Shown here: positions 1 to 8,913 of the stretch, one piece after another
Numbering within the stretch: position 1 is the stretch's first letter
Layout: each line of letters begins with the position of its first letter
Virus record (IMG/VR): IMGVR_UViG_3300025018_000220
Span: 1-45,433 of that record
Length of the DNA stretch: 45,433 nucleotides
Reading direction: 5' to 3' (one strand)
Source of the DNA: a virus
Lineage: Duplodnaviria; Caudoviricetes
Position numbers and translations under genes: made by a program
The notes under the pieces: generated by a model
Seen by the model: only the letters and a program-made list of their open reading frames with translations
Told to the model about the DNA's origin: nothing
Database searches by the model: none

Positions 1-4
1 CATT

Positions 5-184
5 ATGACAAATGCAAGTAATGCCACATGGAAGGCCACATTGAATGCCACAAGTAATGCCACATGGTTGGCCACATGGTATACCACATTGAATGCCACA
101 TGGGGTGCCACAGGGTATGTAACAGTGTCTGCCACAAAGCATGCCACAAGGGATGCTCTTGATAATGAAGTGGAATCATTATGA
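5..184 (+). CDS. xxAT-repeat micro-protein, 59 aa (MTNASNATWKATLNAT...RDALDNEVESL)
   Basis: Hand-translated; ATGA overlaps at both ends; 176/180 nt identical to reverse complement of 40441-40620. Confidence 0.75.
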   Translation: MTNASNATWKATLNATSNATWLATWYTTLNATWGATGYVTVSATKHATRDALDNEVESL

Positions 185-387
185 CAAATGCAAGTAATGC
201 CACAGGGTCTGCCACAGGGTCTGCCACAAGTAATGCCACATTGAATGCCACATTGAATGCCACAAGTAATGCCACAAGTAATGCCACATGGTTGGCCACA
301 TGGTATACCACATTGAATGCCACTATCAATGATGCCACAAGGGAGGCCACACGCGACTCCCTTTATAAAGAAGTGGAATCATTATGA
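181..387 (+). CDS. xxAT-repeat micro-protein, 68 aa, ends SLYKEVESL
   Basis: ORF track; ATGA overlaps; conserved tail. Confidence 0.75.
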   Translation: MTNASNATGSATGSATSNATLNATLNATSNATSNATWLATWYTTLNATINDATREATRDSLYKEVESL

Positions 388-515
388 CAAATACAAATAA
401 CGCCACGTTGAATGCCACATGGAATGCCACATGGAATGCCACATGGAAGGCCACAGGGGATGCCACAGGGGATGCCACCGGGGATGCTCTTGATAATGAA
501 GTGGAATCATTATGA
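384..515 (+). CDS. xxAT-repeat micro-protein, 43 aa (MTNTNNATLNATWNATWNATWKATGDATGDATGDALDNEVESL)
   Basis: Hand-translated; ATGA overlap; conserved tail. Confidence 0.7.
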   Translation: MTNTNNATLNATWNATWNATWKATGDATGDATGDALDNEVESL

Positions 516-524
516 CAACTAGAG

Positions 525-560
525 TTGATTTTGAGATAAGCTCATGCTATTACATAAATA
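525..560 (+). promoter_or_regulatory. Putative sigma70-like promoter (TTGATT-17-TATTAC with extended TG) overlapping late-type CATAAATA
   Basis: Motif spacing upstream of GGAG RBS and ATG at 586. Confidence 0.4.
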
Positions 561-585
561 ATTGCTATATTCGGGAGCAACAATT

Positions 586-1080
586 ATGAATAACAAACCT
601 GCCAAACAACGGTTATATACCGCTATTTCCGACAAATTACAGAAACCGGGTAATGATCCGGTTCAAAACCTGATTGATGATATGGAAAATTTGTTTCCAT
701 TGATCACTGACTATCTTTCAGAAGATTTAATGCATGAAATAAAAGATGAAACCAAAGTCTTTTCATGGAACAACACTGGTGTGTCTCAACAGTTTGACAA
801 AGTATTTGGCAATTTGGGTCATTCTGTCGATGGGATGTCCAAGGAAGTCAAAAGCTTTTTGAAAAAAGCAGCCGACAGGACATCTGATGCATATTGGGCA
901 TCCAGAGTCAAAAACGAAGAACTTGTTGAAAATGTTGCAGACAGCATTCTTGAAAACCAAAATTTAACCAATGAACAAGAAAAAATCAAAACCGCAACCA
1001 AAGATTATAACATTCCCGAAAAATGGGCAAAGGTCGTCTATTATAATGCTATGGCTGTTTTGGCGTCACGGCAAAAATGA
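586..1080 (+). CDS. Hypothetical protein
   Basis: Long ORF; GGGAG RBS before ATG 586. Confidence 0.75.
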   Translation: MNNKPAKQRLYTAISDKLQKPGNDPVQNLIDDMENLFPLITDYLSEDLMHEIKDETKVFSWNNTGVSQQFDKVFGNLGHSVDGMSKEVKSFLKKAADRTSDAYWASRVKNEELVENVADSILENQNLTNEQEKIKTATKDYNIPEKWAKVVYYNAMAVLASRQK

Positions 1081-1240
1081 TATACAATAAATCTGTGTTA
1101 TAGTGGATAGACATGATGTTACAATTTGTAGGACGATAATTCATATAGTCCGACATTATGTAACATATGGTATCCTATTGAAGATAATAAATGTTCAGGT
1201 AGATATATGAATGGATAGTGCCAACCGAAAGTGAAACATT

Positions 1241-1423
1241 ATGCTTGCAACGGATTTGTCTATTTTTGCAAAGACGCCTTCCAAGGGGGCTATAGATAAT
1301 GCAACAGAGTTGGCATTATGGCAGGAAGTATGGGGAAATAAGTCTATCCCGTTGAGTTTCGTGTGGGATGTTACCGCTCATGTCGTATATTATGCTCTTG
1401 TTGACGAGGTTGAATCATTATGA
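1241..1423 (+). CDS. Diverged member of the EVESL micro-protein family
   Basis: Ends YALVDEVESL with ATGA overlap; preceded by junction-like GAAAGTGAAACATTATG. Confidence 0.65.
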   Translation: MLATDLSIFAKTPSKGAIDNATELALWQEVWGNKSIPLSFVWDVTAHVVYYALVDEVESL

Positions 1424-1674
1424 ACACAGGGGTTACCACTATAAATGGCGAAAGGACCGCCACATGGAAGTCCATATGGTATCCCCTTCTTCAAAGAAAT
1501 GGAAACATTATGAATATAAGAGATACCACTGTTATTTCTGCATGGTATGCTACCGCATCTATTGTACCATACAGGACATTGGTAACGGTATATGGTCCAA
1601 TAACAAGCAATGAAGAAATTGCTAACGCTATATTGTTAAATCTTTTTGAAGAATATGACACATTAAGCGGCTAA
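1420..1674 (+). CDS. Hypothetical protein, possibly a diverged micro-protein family member
   Basis: ATGA-coupled; contains ATWKSIWY and AWYATA remnants. Confidence 0.55.
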   Translation: MNTGVTTINGERTATWKSIWYPLLQRNGNIMNIRDTTVISAWYATASIVPYRTLVTVYGPITSNEEIANAILLNLFEEYDTLSG

Positions 1675-1881
1675 TTGTAATGCCTGTTTATTATAATGTA
1701 TTTTGAAAACTTCAATGTTTTCAATTACAAATGTATCAAAGAAACCACTAATATTCTGGTCCCATGGATTCAAATGAAACATGAATTTGTTCCCAACCAT
1801 GATGGCCAAGGGGTAAGATAGCCCATGTTCACACAGCCAGTCATGGGCATCGAAAAAATCCACTATGGGTGAAACAATCAT
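1663..1881 (-). CDS. Hypothetical protein
   Basis: ORF with GGAG RBS. Confidence 0.55.
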   Translation of the reverse strand: MIVSPIVDFFDAHDWLCEHGLSYPLAIMVGNKFMFHLNPWDQNISGFFDTFVIENIEVFKIHYNKQALQLAA

Positions 1882-1892
1882 TTGACATCTCC

Positions 1893-1928
1893 ATAAAAGG
1901 GATCACATCCAACTGTGACCCCTTTTAT
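1893..1928 (-). terminator. Rho-independent terminator-like hairpin
   Basis: ATAAAAGGGGTCACA-loop-TGTGATCCCTTTTAT immediately after the phosphoesterase stop. Confidence 0.6.
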
Positions 1929-1929
1929 A

Positions 1930-2700
1930 TCATATGACAAATTCCATCACTTCGAACGGGGATTGGCCCGTTTGCCTACGTTCGCCGGGATATCCCAGTT
2001 GCCGTGAAGCAATACGGGTATCACCAATCATTACATCCAAATCACTATGTGTGTGCCCGAACATCCACAATTTTGGACCTGCTTCGTCAATCAGCTTATC
2101 CCATCCGTTGCAAAAGCCACCATTCATGGGACTACCCACGAATTGAGATGCAATGGCCAACCGGGTTGGTGCATGGTGAGTAACAACAATGGAAGAATCG
2201 CGACCATATTGAGAGATTGCATCAAAAATGAAATTCTTTGATACCTTATTCATTTTCAATGCCTGAGCTGCCCGAAACAAATTGCTGTCCCATCTGATGC
2301 GATAGTGGTCATTAATGCCGTGTTCAGCAGCCGCCATGGCAATAGCGGGCGGATACGTCATTTCGACTTCATAATCAGTCCAACATGTTGCACCAATAAA
2401 TGCAAACCCATCAATCTCTTTGATATCATTGTCGAGCAAAATGATTCCATTGTCATCAGCCGTGTTTTTCAGAGTTTCCATCATTGAAATATATTCATGA
2501 CCATAGAATTCATGATTGCCAGCAACGTAAACCACTTGGCATCCATATTGATCCTTGACAGTATTCATATATTCAAGAGGTTCTACACCATTGCCAATAT
2601 CACCAGCGAAGCAAATGATATCCGGATTGCCATAATTGATCTCCGGAAAACGATCTTTCCAGATTTCACGATGCAAATCAGATAGCAAAACGATTTTCAT
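1930..2700 (-). CDS. Calcineurin-like metallophosphoesterase
   Basis: SDLH, GD, GNHE, THH and GHTH motifs. Confidence 0.9.
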   Translation of the reverse strand: MKIVLLSDLHREIWKDRFPEINYGNPDIICFAGDIGNGVEPLEYMNTVKDQYGCQVVYVAGNHEFYGHEYISMMETLKNTADDNGIILLDNDIKEIDGFAFIGATCWTDYEVEMTYPPAIAMAAAEHGINDHYRIRWDSNLFRAAQALKMNKVSKNFIFDAISQYGRDSSIVVTHHAPTRLAIASQFVGSPMNGGFCNGWDKLIDEAGPKLWMFGHTHSDLDVMIGDTRIASRQLGYPGERRQTGQSPFEVMEFVI

Positions 2701-3179
2701 TACTTCTTCCTTAAATATACGTTCACAGTATATGAAAGGTCTTTATATACGTTTTTCCAAGATGATACAAGTGAAAATCTTGTTTCGTCTAATGGCGGAA
2801 AGAAAGTATCACCACCAATATCTTGATCTATCTCTGTAATATACAGTTTATCTGCAAGATTAATGAACTGTGCATAAAGTTCTGCACCACCTATTATGAA
2901 TATTTCTTCATTTTTTGACATTTCTGTTACTCTGCCTGCATGTGTGAATTGCAGAACATTACCATACAGTTTGTCAATATTTCTGGATAATACAATATTT
3001 TTACGATCTGGTAATGGTTTACACCCCATGGATTCAAACGTCTTACGGCCCATGACAACCGTTTTACCAACCGTCATGGTCTTGAAGAATTTCAAATCAT
3101 CCGGAATATGCCATGGAATTGTACCGTCTTTGCCAATAGCACGATTGGTATCATGTGCAACAATCATGTTGATAGTCAT
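2700..3179 (-). CDS. folA: Dihydrofolate reductase
   Basis: IGKDGTIPWHIPDDLKFFK, VVMGRKTFES, LPDRKNIVLS, IIGGAELY, GDTFFP. Confidence 0.97.
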   Translation of the reverse strand: MTINMIVAHDTNRAIGKDGTIPWHIPDDLKFFKTMTVGKTVVMGRKTFESMGCKPLPDRKNIVLSRNIDKLYGNVLQFTHAGRVTEMSKNEEIFIIGGAELYAQFINLADKLYITEIDQDIGGDTFFPPLDETRFSLVSSWKNVYKDLSYTVNVYLRKK

Positions 3180-3689
3180 ATTGTCTCTCCTAGCTTTTCA
3201 TGTGCATACTGTTCCATCATCCATATTGCTGCATTTTTACGATTCTGGTTCCATGTTGCAATAAACTCTGGTGTATGCAATTCGGCATACTTTTCATGTG
3301 GTGTGTTTTCAAGATATTTAATACATTCCACAGCACTTGCATTTGGGTTGTTATGAAAAAAATCTGATATCTCAGAACCCATCGCGCCACTCATGCCATA
3401 AATGGTATCAATGCCCAAATGTTGTTCTAGAATACATTTATTACAAGTCACCCCAACACAAGTACAATCACCGACATGTTTAATATAGTTCATACATTCG
3501 TTCGCCCTTGTATTGACTTCATCATCAATTGTTTTCATAAAATCATCAAATTCTTTGTCGTTGTATTTGAGCAAAAAAAAGCAAATCCTCAATTTCTTCT
3601 TTAAGGATGGCATAACGGAGTTTCAGAATGCCAACTTCATCGACGATGACTTTTGAAGTTAGTGGATTTTGTGTGTATTCGATTTCCAT
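3176..3689 (-). pseudogene. Hypothetical gene frameshifted at a T8 run (A8 at 3573-3580 on + strand)
   Basis: Strong RBS GAAGGGG before ATG 3689; frame closes after 47 aa; removing one T fuses it to ORF 3176-3613 giving 170 aa. Confidence 0.55.
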
Positions 3690-3710
3690 TAGATAGCCCC
3701 TTCGCAATCA

Positions 3711-5339
3711 TTAAACCGCAATTGGTGCTTTGAGATGGCCTTCAGATTTATATTCGGTCAGCTTGAAATGTTCAAGCTTTAACTCTTCCCATGCCAAATC
3801 TTTGACAACCGGATCAATAATCAGCTTTGGTGCTGGATGGTTCGCTCTAGAATACAGTTGTTCGTTAACTTGTTCTATATGATTGGAATAGATATGGGCG
3901 TCACCAATTGTGTGAATGAAACGTCCGGGTTTAAAATTGGTTTTTAATGCCATTATTGATGTTAGTAACGAATATGAAGCTACATTGAACGGAATCCCCA
4001 AGAAAAAATCCGATGATCTTTGATACAACTGACAATCCAGATATTCACCCCTTCTTACATAGAATTGAAACCATGCATGGCATGGAGGCAATGCCATATC
4101 ATGTATCATACCGGGATTCCATGCGGCAACAATATGTCTACGGCTATCTGGATCATTAATCAGACTGCTTTGAACTTGTTCAATCTGATCAACAATGCGC
4201 TGTTGACGGTATATAAAACCATCAGGTGCATCTATTGCCTTCATATCATATCCGTCAATATTTCTTTTTCCTGATAGGACTTCTGGAATTCTTCGTCTAT
4301 CTAAACCATATTCATCAGCACAATGTTTTGGTGATGTGTATATTTTTCCTTTAAATTCAAATGGTTGAGACCACTTGGATAAATTTTTATTATATTCTTT
4401 ATCTAAAAAAATTGCAGTTGTCTTTGAATATTGATTTGCACCAAAGTAATCTTTGTCTAAATTAAACATACTTGGTTGTTTGTTCCATGCCCAATAGTAT
4501 GGAACTTGAGAAATTGTGTTTTGAAAATATTCAAAACATTTCCATTCTGTAGATACACTAACGCCTTGGCCACCATATAACGGATAATTTGGATGATCAA
4601 CATTATAGCATTTCGCAATCATATTATACCATAAATCATATAATTTCTTATCATATAAAGAGTTACCAACACAAGCAACACCGTGAACCGTTAATGCATA
4701 TTTGTCCTTTACTTGTCCTTTTTTAATAGCAGGACGTGATGCTACTGTTATTGTTCCAGTATCATGAAATTGCAAACGCCACATACTATTCTTGTTGGAT
4801 GTATCCATGCCGATTTTATCCAAAACGGTATATCGGCATCCTTCCTTGTTTTCAAATTGCGTACCTGTAAGATCAGAATTCGTGATCGAATTCAAAGCAA
4901 TCATTTCTGGCATGTGTTTGATTGGTGAATCATTTTCTTTGTTTCTTATTCTAACAAGAGTGGCATGGGTTGATGGCTGTTCCCACCTTCGCCACTGACC
5001 ACCGTAGACATTATTTAAATCACCATTCTCATTTGCCCAATCATTCCAGAAATGAATATTATCTTTTTGTAATGATTTCACATTCGTTTCGCCGCGAAGG
5101 AACCAAAGCAATTCACCAACAATACCTTTCCAAAAGATTTTCTTTGATGTTAATATTGGAAAACTATGTTCCAGATTATAACATGATTGGAGACCAAACA
5201 GCGACCTAGTACCTGTACCAGTGCGATCCGTTCTGTCTTCGCCATTCAAAAGAATATGTTTCAATTGGTTAAGATATATTTTTTCATTTTCATAAGGTTG
5301 TTCACTTTCCGGAACCCGGTTTTCATTTTGTGGCATCAT
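3711..5339 (-). CDS. thyA: Thymidylate synthase with large in-frame insertion
   Basis: DRTGTGT, ELLWFLRG, VYGGQWR, AWNP, MALPPCH, YQRSSD.FLGIPFN, GDAHIYSNH; 542 aa versus the usual ~265-290. Confidence 0.95.
   Translation of the reverse strand: MMPQNENRVPESEQPYENEKIYLNQLKHILLNGEDRTDRTGTGTRSLFGLQSCYNLEHSFPILTSKKIFWKGIVGELLWFLRGETNVKSLQKDNIHFWNDWANENGDLNNVYGGQWRRWEQPSTHATLVRIRNKENDSPIKHMPEMIALNSITNSDLTGTQFENKEGCRYTVLDKIGMDTSNKNSMWRLQFHDTGTITVASRPAIKKGQVKDKYALTVHGVACVGNSLYDKKLYDLWYNMIAKCYNVDHPNYPLYGGQGVSVSTEWKCFEYFQNTISQVPYYWAWNKQPSMFNLDKDYFGANQYSKTTAIFLDKEYNKNLSKWSQPFEFKGKIYTSPKHCADEYGLDRRRIPEVLSGKRNIDGYDMKAIDAPDGFIYRQQRIVDQIEQVQSSLINDPDSRRHIVAAWNPGMIHDMALPPCHAWFQFYVRRGEYLDCQLYQRSSDFFLGIPFNVASYSLLTSIMALKTNFKPGRFIHTIGDAHIYSNHIEQVNEQLYSRANHPAPKLIIDPVVKDLAWEELKLEHFKLTEYKSEGHLKAPIAV
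4197..4979 (-). mobile_element. Homing-endonuclease-like (His-Me/HNH-related) domain inserted in frame within thyA
   Basis: LYDLWYNMIAKCYN...YPLYGGQGVSVSTEW..F and LDKD....YSKTTAIFL....N motifs plus C-terminal HTH-like CADEYGLDRRRIPEVLSG; locally more AT-rich. Confidence 0.7.
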
Positions 5340-5349
5340 TTTTAATTCC

Positions 5350-5847
5350 TTATACGATTAATTTTGGAGTTTCAGGAAGAATCAGTTTTTTGCGAACAGG
5401 CGCTTTTGTTATTTTATCAACGAATTCTTGGGCTGCATTTCCTTTAGCTGAAATGAAACTTGGAGTTTTTCCTTCGCGAATAGCCAATGAAGCCGTGACA
5501 TCCGATGAATTCAACAGTGTGACTTCTATGTCTGATGTCTTCTTGCCGACTTGAACCAAAGTATAAACCCAATCATTATCCCGTTGATGGTAACATGAAT
5601 GTTGAAATTCATCATTACCAACATATATCATAGCAACGAAGACCATCTGATTGGTTTCAAGTTCAAACAAAAATGAATCATCTACATTAGATGATTCATA
5701 TTTGCCTATAACCTTGATAGGTTCAGGGTATTCATCTATTCTGACATATGCATACCGGTTTTTGATGGTTTCAACACGGCCTAATGCGTGTGCCAATGTG
5801 GTCTTTATCTTGTTTTCATCGGCAAACGTGATATCATATATCATCAA
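5350..5847 (-). CDS. Hypothetical protein
   Basis: ORF in operon, overlapping neighbours. Confidence 0.75.
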   Translation of the reverse strand: MMIYDITFADENKIKTTLAHALGRVETIKNRYAYVRIDEYPEPIKVIGKYESSNVDDSFLFELETNQMVFVAMIYVGNDEFQHSCYHQRDNDWVYTLVQVGKKTSDIEVTLLNSSDVTASLAIREGKTPSFISAKGNAAQEFVDKITKAPVRKKLILPETPKLIV

Positions 5848-6145
5848 GTTCTTCCTTGCTGATCATATATACATTATCAATTATATATTCTTCATCATCT
5901 GGTAACAATGAAATACTGAGACCACCATTTTGATATGGAACAATCATTAATACAGGCGGCAATGTGTTTCCAGATACTTCATCCATACAAATGAAAATCT
6001 CATCCCCTTGGTCCAAATGATACATTTCATCCTCAGTAGCATATGCAACTGGAAGATTAAAAGTTTTACCGGTTTGTAATTTTATAGTAGCAACCCGTGA
6101 TGTTTCTATTACTGTAGCTTTCCTGAAATGTAATTCATCCGTCAT
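5834..6145 (-). CDS. Hypothetical protein
   Basis: GGAGG RBS before ATG 6145 (MTDELHF). Confidence 0.7.
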   Translation of the reverse strand: MTDELHFRKATVIETSRVATIKLQTGKTFNLPVAYATEDEMYHLDQGDEIFICMDEVSGNTLPPVLMIVPYQNGGLSISLLPDDEEYIIDNVYMISKEELDDI

Positions 6146-6728
6146 AGAAGCCTCCATTGAATAGTAAATTGGGCTGAAGAAGGACATCAATATATGCGCC
6201 AATGCGACCAGCCCTGTCTTCTGGTGATCCTTTGCCAACAGTCAAAACATTAAGTTCAAGTTTGTGTATCTCTGCATATATGAAATTATCAATCATATTT
6301 TGAAATACAGGATTGCCATATCTGACATCATCACCTTGAGGCGTGAATGTTATAGGGAAATAACAGATCAAATCATATTTGTTCATATTGTCCCGAATTT
6401 GCTGACGTTTTATATCTATCATTTCCTGTGTCATTGCAGCATAACATCTGATTTGTTGATAACAAAAATGATCCAAACAAGTGCGATCTGATATGAAACC
6501 AGCCGGATAATTATCTTCTGTACTGAACCGGGTGTTATAAATGTCCTCTTGTAATTTCAATTTGTCTTCAAAGGACATCTTCTCTTGATCTTCTTCCGTT
6601 ATTCCCCAACGGGCATAAACTGAGCGGATCGGGGAGGGCAGAACGGGTATGGTTGGATACCGTTCTTTCAATATGTTCAAAACCGTTGTTTTACCAGTGC
6701 CACCAGCACCTGTCATACCAATTCTCAT
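6135..6728 (-). CDS. P-loop NTPase / nucleotide kinase-like (AAA_28-type)
   Basis: GAGGTGKTT Walker A; ISDRTCLD; YDLICY..I...GDDVR. Confidence 0.8.
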   Translation of the reverse strand: MRIGMTGAGGTGKTTVLNILKERYPTIPVLPSPIRSVYARWGITEEDQEKMSFEDKLKLQEDIYNTRFSTEDNYPAGFISDRTCLDHFCYQQIRCYAAMTQEMIDIKRQQIRDNMNKYDLICYFPITFTPQGDDVRYGNPVFQNMIDNFIYAEIHKLELNVLTVGKGSPEDRAGRIGAYIDVLLQPNLLFNGGFYDG

Positions 6729-6749
6729 GTTACACCCATTGCTTTCATT

Positions 6750-7112
6750 TTAGTCCCAAAGGTATGGCCAATATTCAGCCAATAAATCAAATGCTCTTTG
6801 AATTTTATTTTTATCAGCTTCCGTGCTATTGTAGAAATATGTGCTACCTCGTAGTAATCCAAAGCCTATAATCATTTCATCAAGTATACTATTCCATTTG
6901 TTTACAGCTTCTTCTTCGGTAATATCTGCTTCTTCCGGATTAAAGATGCCGGGATAGCCTATTCCTTGCTGACGCATTTTGACAAGATGGGGATAAATCC
7001 ATTCAGCCAGTTCATTATTCAGATTCCAGAATTCTTCACTATACCATTTGAATGGTATATAGTTTCTGACCCATTTCGGAAATGATCTCCACATCGGACG
7101 AAAATCAATCAT
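6750..7112 (-). CDS. Hypothetical phage protein
   Basis: ORF with GGAGG RBS; WNSILDEMIIGF and AFDLLAEYWPYLWD. Confidence 0.75.
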   Translation of the reverse strand: MIDFRPMWRSFPKWVRNYIPFKWYSEEFWNLNNELAEWIYPHLVKMRQQGIGYPGIFNPEEADITEEEAVNKWNSILDEMIIGFGLLRGSTYFYNSTEADKNKIQRAFDLLAEYWPYLWD

Positions 7113-7636
7113 TTCTTTTTCCCTCCAACGGATTTACGAAGGTCATTCAGTGTGCCCTTCTGATTAAGAATATGACCAGCCAATGCAATTCCACATGCAT
7201 CACTGTGGTCATTAGTGATAAATGTCACATCTGGAAATTTGTTCTGCATCAACTTTGCAATCCGGTCCTTGTCACTTCCACCATATCCGATAGATGTGAG
7301 TTTCCACTGTGTAACAATTATAGGATAAAACGGAATGGAATTCTTCGCACATATCGCTTCAACTGCATATCGGTAAAATCCATATGAATGTCCTGCCAAC
7401 GTGCTGACATTACGTCTGACATCTTCAATAATGACCAAATCAGGATTTAATTGTGGAAGTGTTTCAATCCATTGTAATGCATCTGCCCATTTCTTACCAT
7501 GGGGAATACCTTTTTTCTCCTGTTGAACCTTGGTAGGAGTTTTGAATTTTACAACCCCACCATCAACATAGGTATCATCTTCAAGTAATACCCATCCAAA
7601 TGAACTTGCCGGGTCTAATCCAAGTATACGCACCAT
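7109..7636 (-). CDS. RuvC-like Holliday junction resolvase
   Basis: ILGLDP, IIED, WK...G.G...K, DHSDACGIA catalytic pattern. Confidence 0.85.
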   Translation of the reverse strand: MVRILGLDPASSFGWVLLEDDTYVDGGVVKFKTPTKVQQEKKGIPHGKKWADALQWIETLPQLNPDLVIIEDVRRNVSTLAGHSYGFYRYAVEAICAKNSIPFYPIIVTQWKLTSIGYGGSDKDRIAKLMQNKFPDVTFITNDHSDACGIALAGHILNQKGTLNDLRKSVGGKKK

Positions 7637-7641
7637 ACATA

Positions 7642-7649
7642 TACTTATA
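7642..7649 (-). promoter_or_regulatory. Late-type promoter TATAAGTA, 5 nt before the resolvase ATG
   Basis: One mismatch to T4 late consensus TATAAATA. Confidence 0.5.
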
Positions 7650-7931
7650 AAAGAACCCGGCGATTTTATTTTGTTTAAATGCTTTCAGGGTCAGCAGTGC
7701 CGTGCCTTTTCTATCATACATATTCTCCCAGCTCCCACAAACATGAACCAACCCATGACTTCAAGTTCTTGGCAATATGATTCGGGCTCAAATTTGATCA
7801 AGTACCATGAACCGGATGTCGTTTCAGTGTACTCTCTGGTATATCACTTGGGATAATGTCTACCATTTGGTGTCTCCTGCAAGTTGTCTTATTGATAATA
7901 GCATCATGCCATCTTCAACACAAGTAGCACA

Positions 7932-7959
7932 TTGACTTTTGCCGCGCACTTGATATAAT
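7932..7959 (+). promoter_or_regulatory. sigma70-like early promoter TTGACT-16-(TGn)TATAAT
   Basis: Near-consensus boxes at a strand switch, upstream of GGAG RBS. Confidence 0.7.
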
Positions 7960-7980
7960 GTTTGAAAACTGGAGATACCC

Positions 7981-8148
7981 ATGAGAAATTATAGTAATAG
8001 AGCAAATGCAGTAATTCACTTGATGGCTGCAAACACTTTCATCAATAACGGTAATGATGTTTCAGCCATTAGTGAAATCGAAAAGGCATTATCGTTTCTG
8101 AAAAAGAATCGACCCGGCCAAAAAACCGGTCATGTAACGCGGTCATAA
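7981..8148 (+). CDS. Small hypothetical protein, 55 aa
   Basis: Hand-translated MRNYSNRANAVIHLMAA...GQKTGHVTRS; promoter and GGAG RBS. Confidence 0.65.
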   Translation: MRNYSNRANAVIHLMAANTFINNGNDVSAISEIEKALSFLKKNRPGQKTGHVTRS

Positions 8149-8157
8149 GGTAATAAC

Positions 8158-8913
8158 ATGTTCAAAAATATAATAAAATTCATTTCAAAAACCGGACAGA
8201 AAACCGGTCACATGTCACGGTGTGGTGATTTGCTGACACCTGATCAGGTTCGTCATATTGCAGATGAAAATGTTAAAAAGATCAATGATGTTCTTGGAAC
8301 TGTGCAACTATTCATATCAAGGCGTTATGAATTGTTGATCAAATATGAAGGACATAAGCCCGGTGAAATCATTCAGCCTGATCGTTTGATCGCTTTTTAC
8401 AATGGGGGGGTTTATCGTCTTTTGACTGAACAGGACAAGAAAAAGTTGCTTCGCGAATTAGCTGATGTCATTATTCCAGGTTTGCCTGCACATACTCATG
8501 CTGAACTTGATCTTCGTGTGGAACTTATGCGGGCGGAACAATTAATCAAATTTATTCATCTTTTTTCATTAAACCATGCTTTGATCGATTTGTCACAGAA
8601 AAGTTATTATACGGACAATGGTAAAAACCAAGTTTTTGATAGTTCTGTTTACAGCTTGTATGAACGTGGAGATAACCGGATTGTTTCCGAATCCGAATAC
8701 AAAAAGTTGAAATCATTCTATGACAACAATGTAGAACGTATTCTCAAATTGAACATACTTGAATACAGGGAGTTTGAAAAAATAGTATCTACAACATCCA
8801 AATCATATAACATTTCAATTGACCATCTACAAAATTCAAAACGCGATAATACAACTCCAGAAGAAGAATATCATTATATGAAATTGCTAAAAGACCAGTA
8901 TAAAAGCATTTGA
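8158..8913 (+). CDS. Hypothetical protein
   Basis: 251-aa ORF with AAGG RBS. Confidence 0.8.
   Translation: MFKNIIKFISKTGQKTGHMSRCGDLLTPDQVRHIADENVKKINDVLGTVQLFISRRYELLIKYEGHKPGEIIQPDRLIAFYNGGVYRLLTEQDKKKLLRELADVIIPGLPAHTHAELDLRVELMRAEQLIKFIHLFSLNHALIDLSQKSYYTDNGKNQVFDSSVYSLYERGDNRIVSESEYKKLKSFYDNNVERILKLNILEYREFEKIVSTTSKSYNISIDHLQNSKRDNTTPEEEYHYMKLLKDQYKSI

Larger units (their letters stand above)
1..515 (+). repeat. Tandem micro-gene array A: 12-bp GCCACA-anchored modules separated by a conserved ~35-bp junction (GCTCTTGATAATGAAGTGGAATCATTATGACAAAT); runs off the window start
   Basis: GCCACA recurs every 12 nt; junction at ~156-190, ~359-393, ~487-519 and partially at 1-13. Confidence 0.95.

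Noticed and set aside
179-189. TTATGACAAAT resembles the XerD arm of dif (TTATGTTAAAT)
   Set aside because: No XerC-like arm at 6-bp spacing; the match is explained by Leu-stop/Met-Thr-Asn coding
181-387. Antifreeze-protein or N-glycosylation (N-A-T sequon) role for the Ala/Thr repeats
   Set aside because: Period is 4, not the 3 or 11 of known antifreeze repeats; no signal peptides; only compositional resemblance
1-515. CRISPR array interpretation of junction plus variable units
   Set aside because: Intervening segments are about 100-170 nt, internally repetitive and protein-coding; no cas genes in the window
4197-4979. Intein or group I intron in thyA
   Set aside because: No splice-junction residues and no non-coding intron core; frame is open throughout
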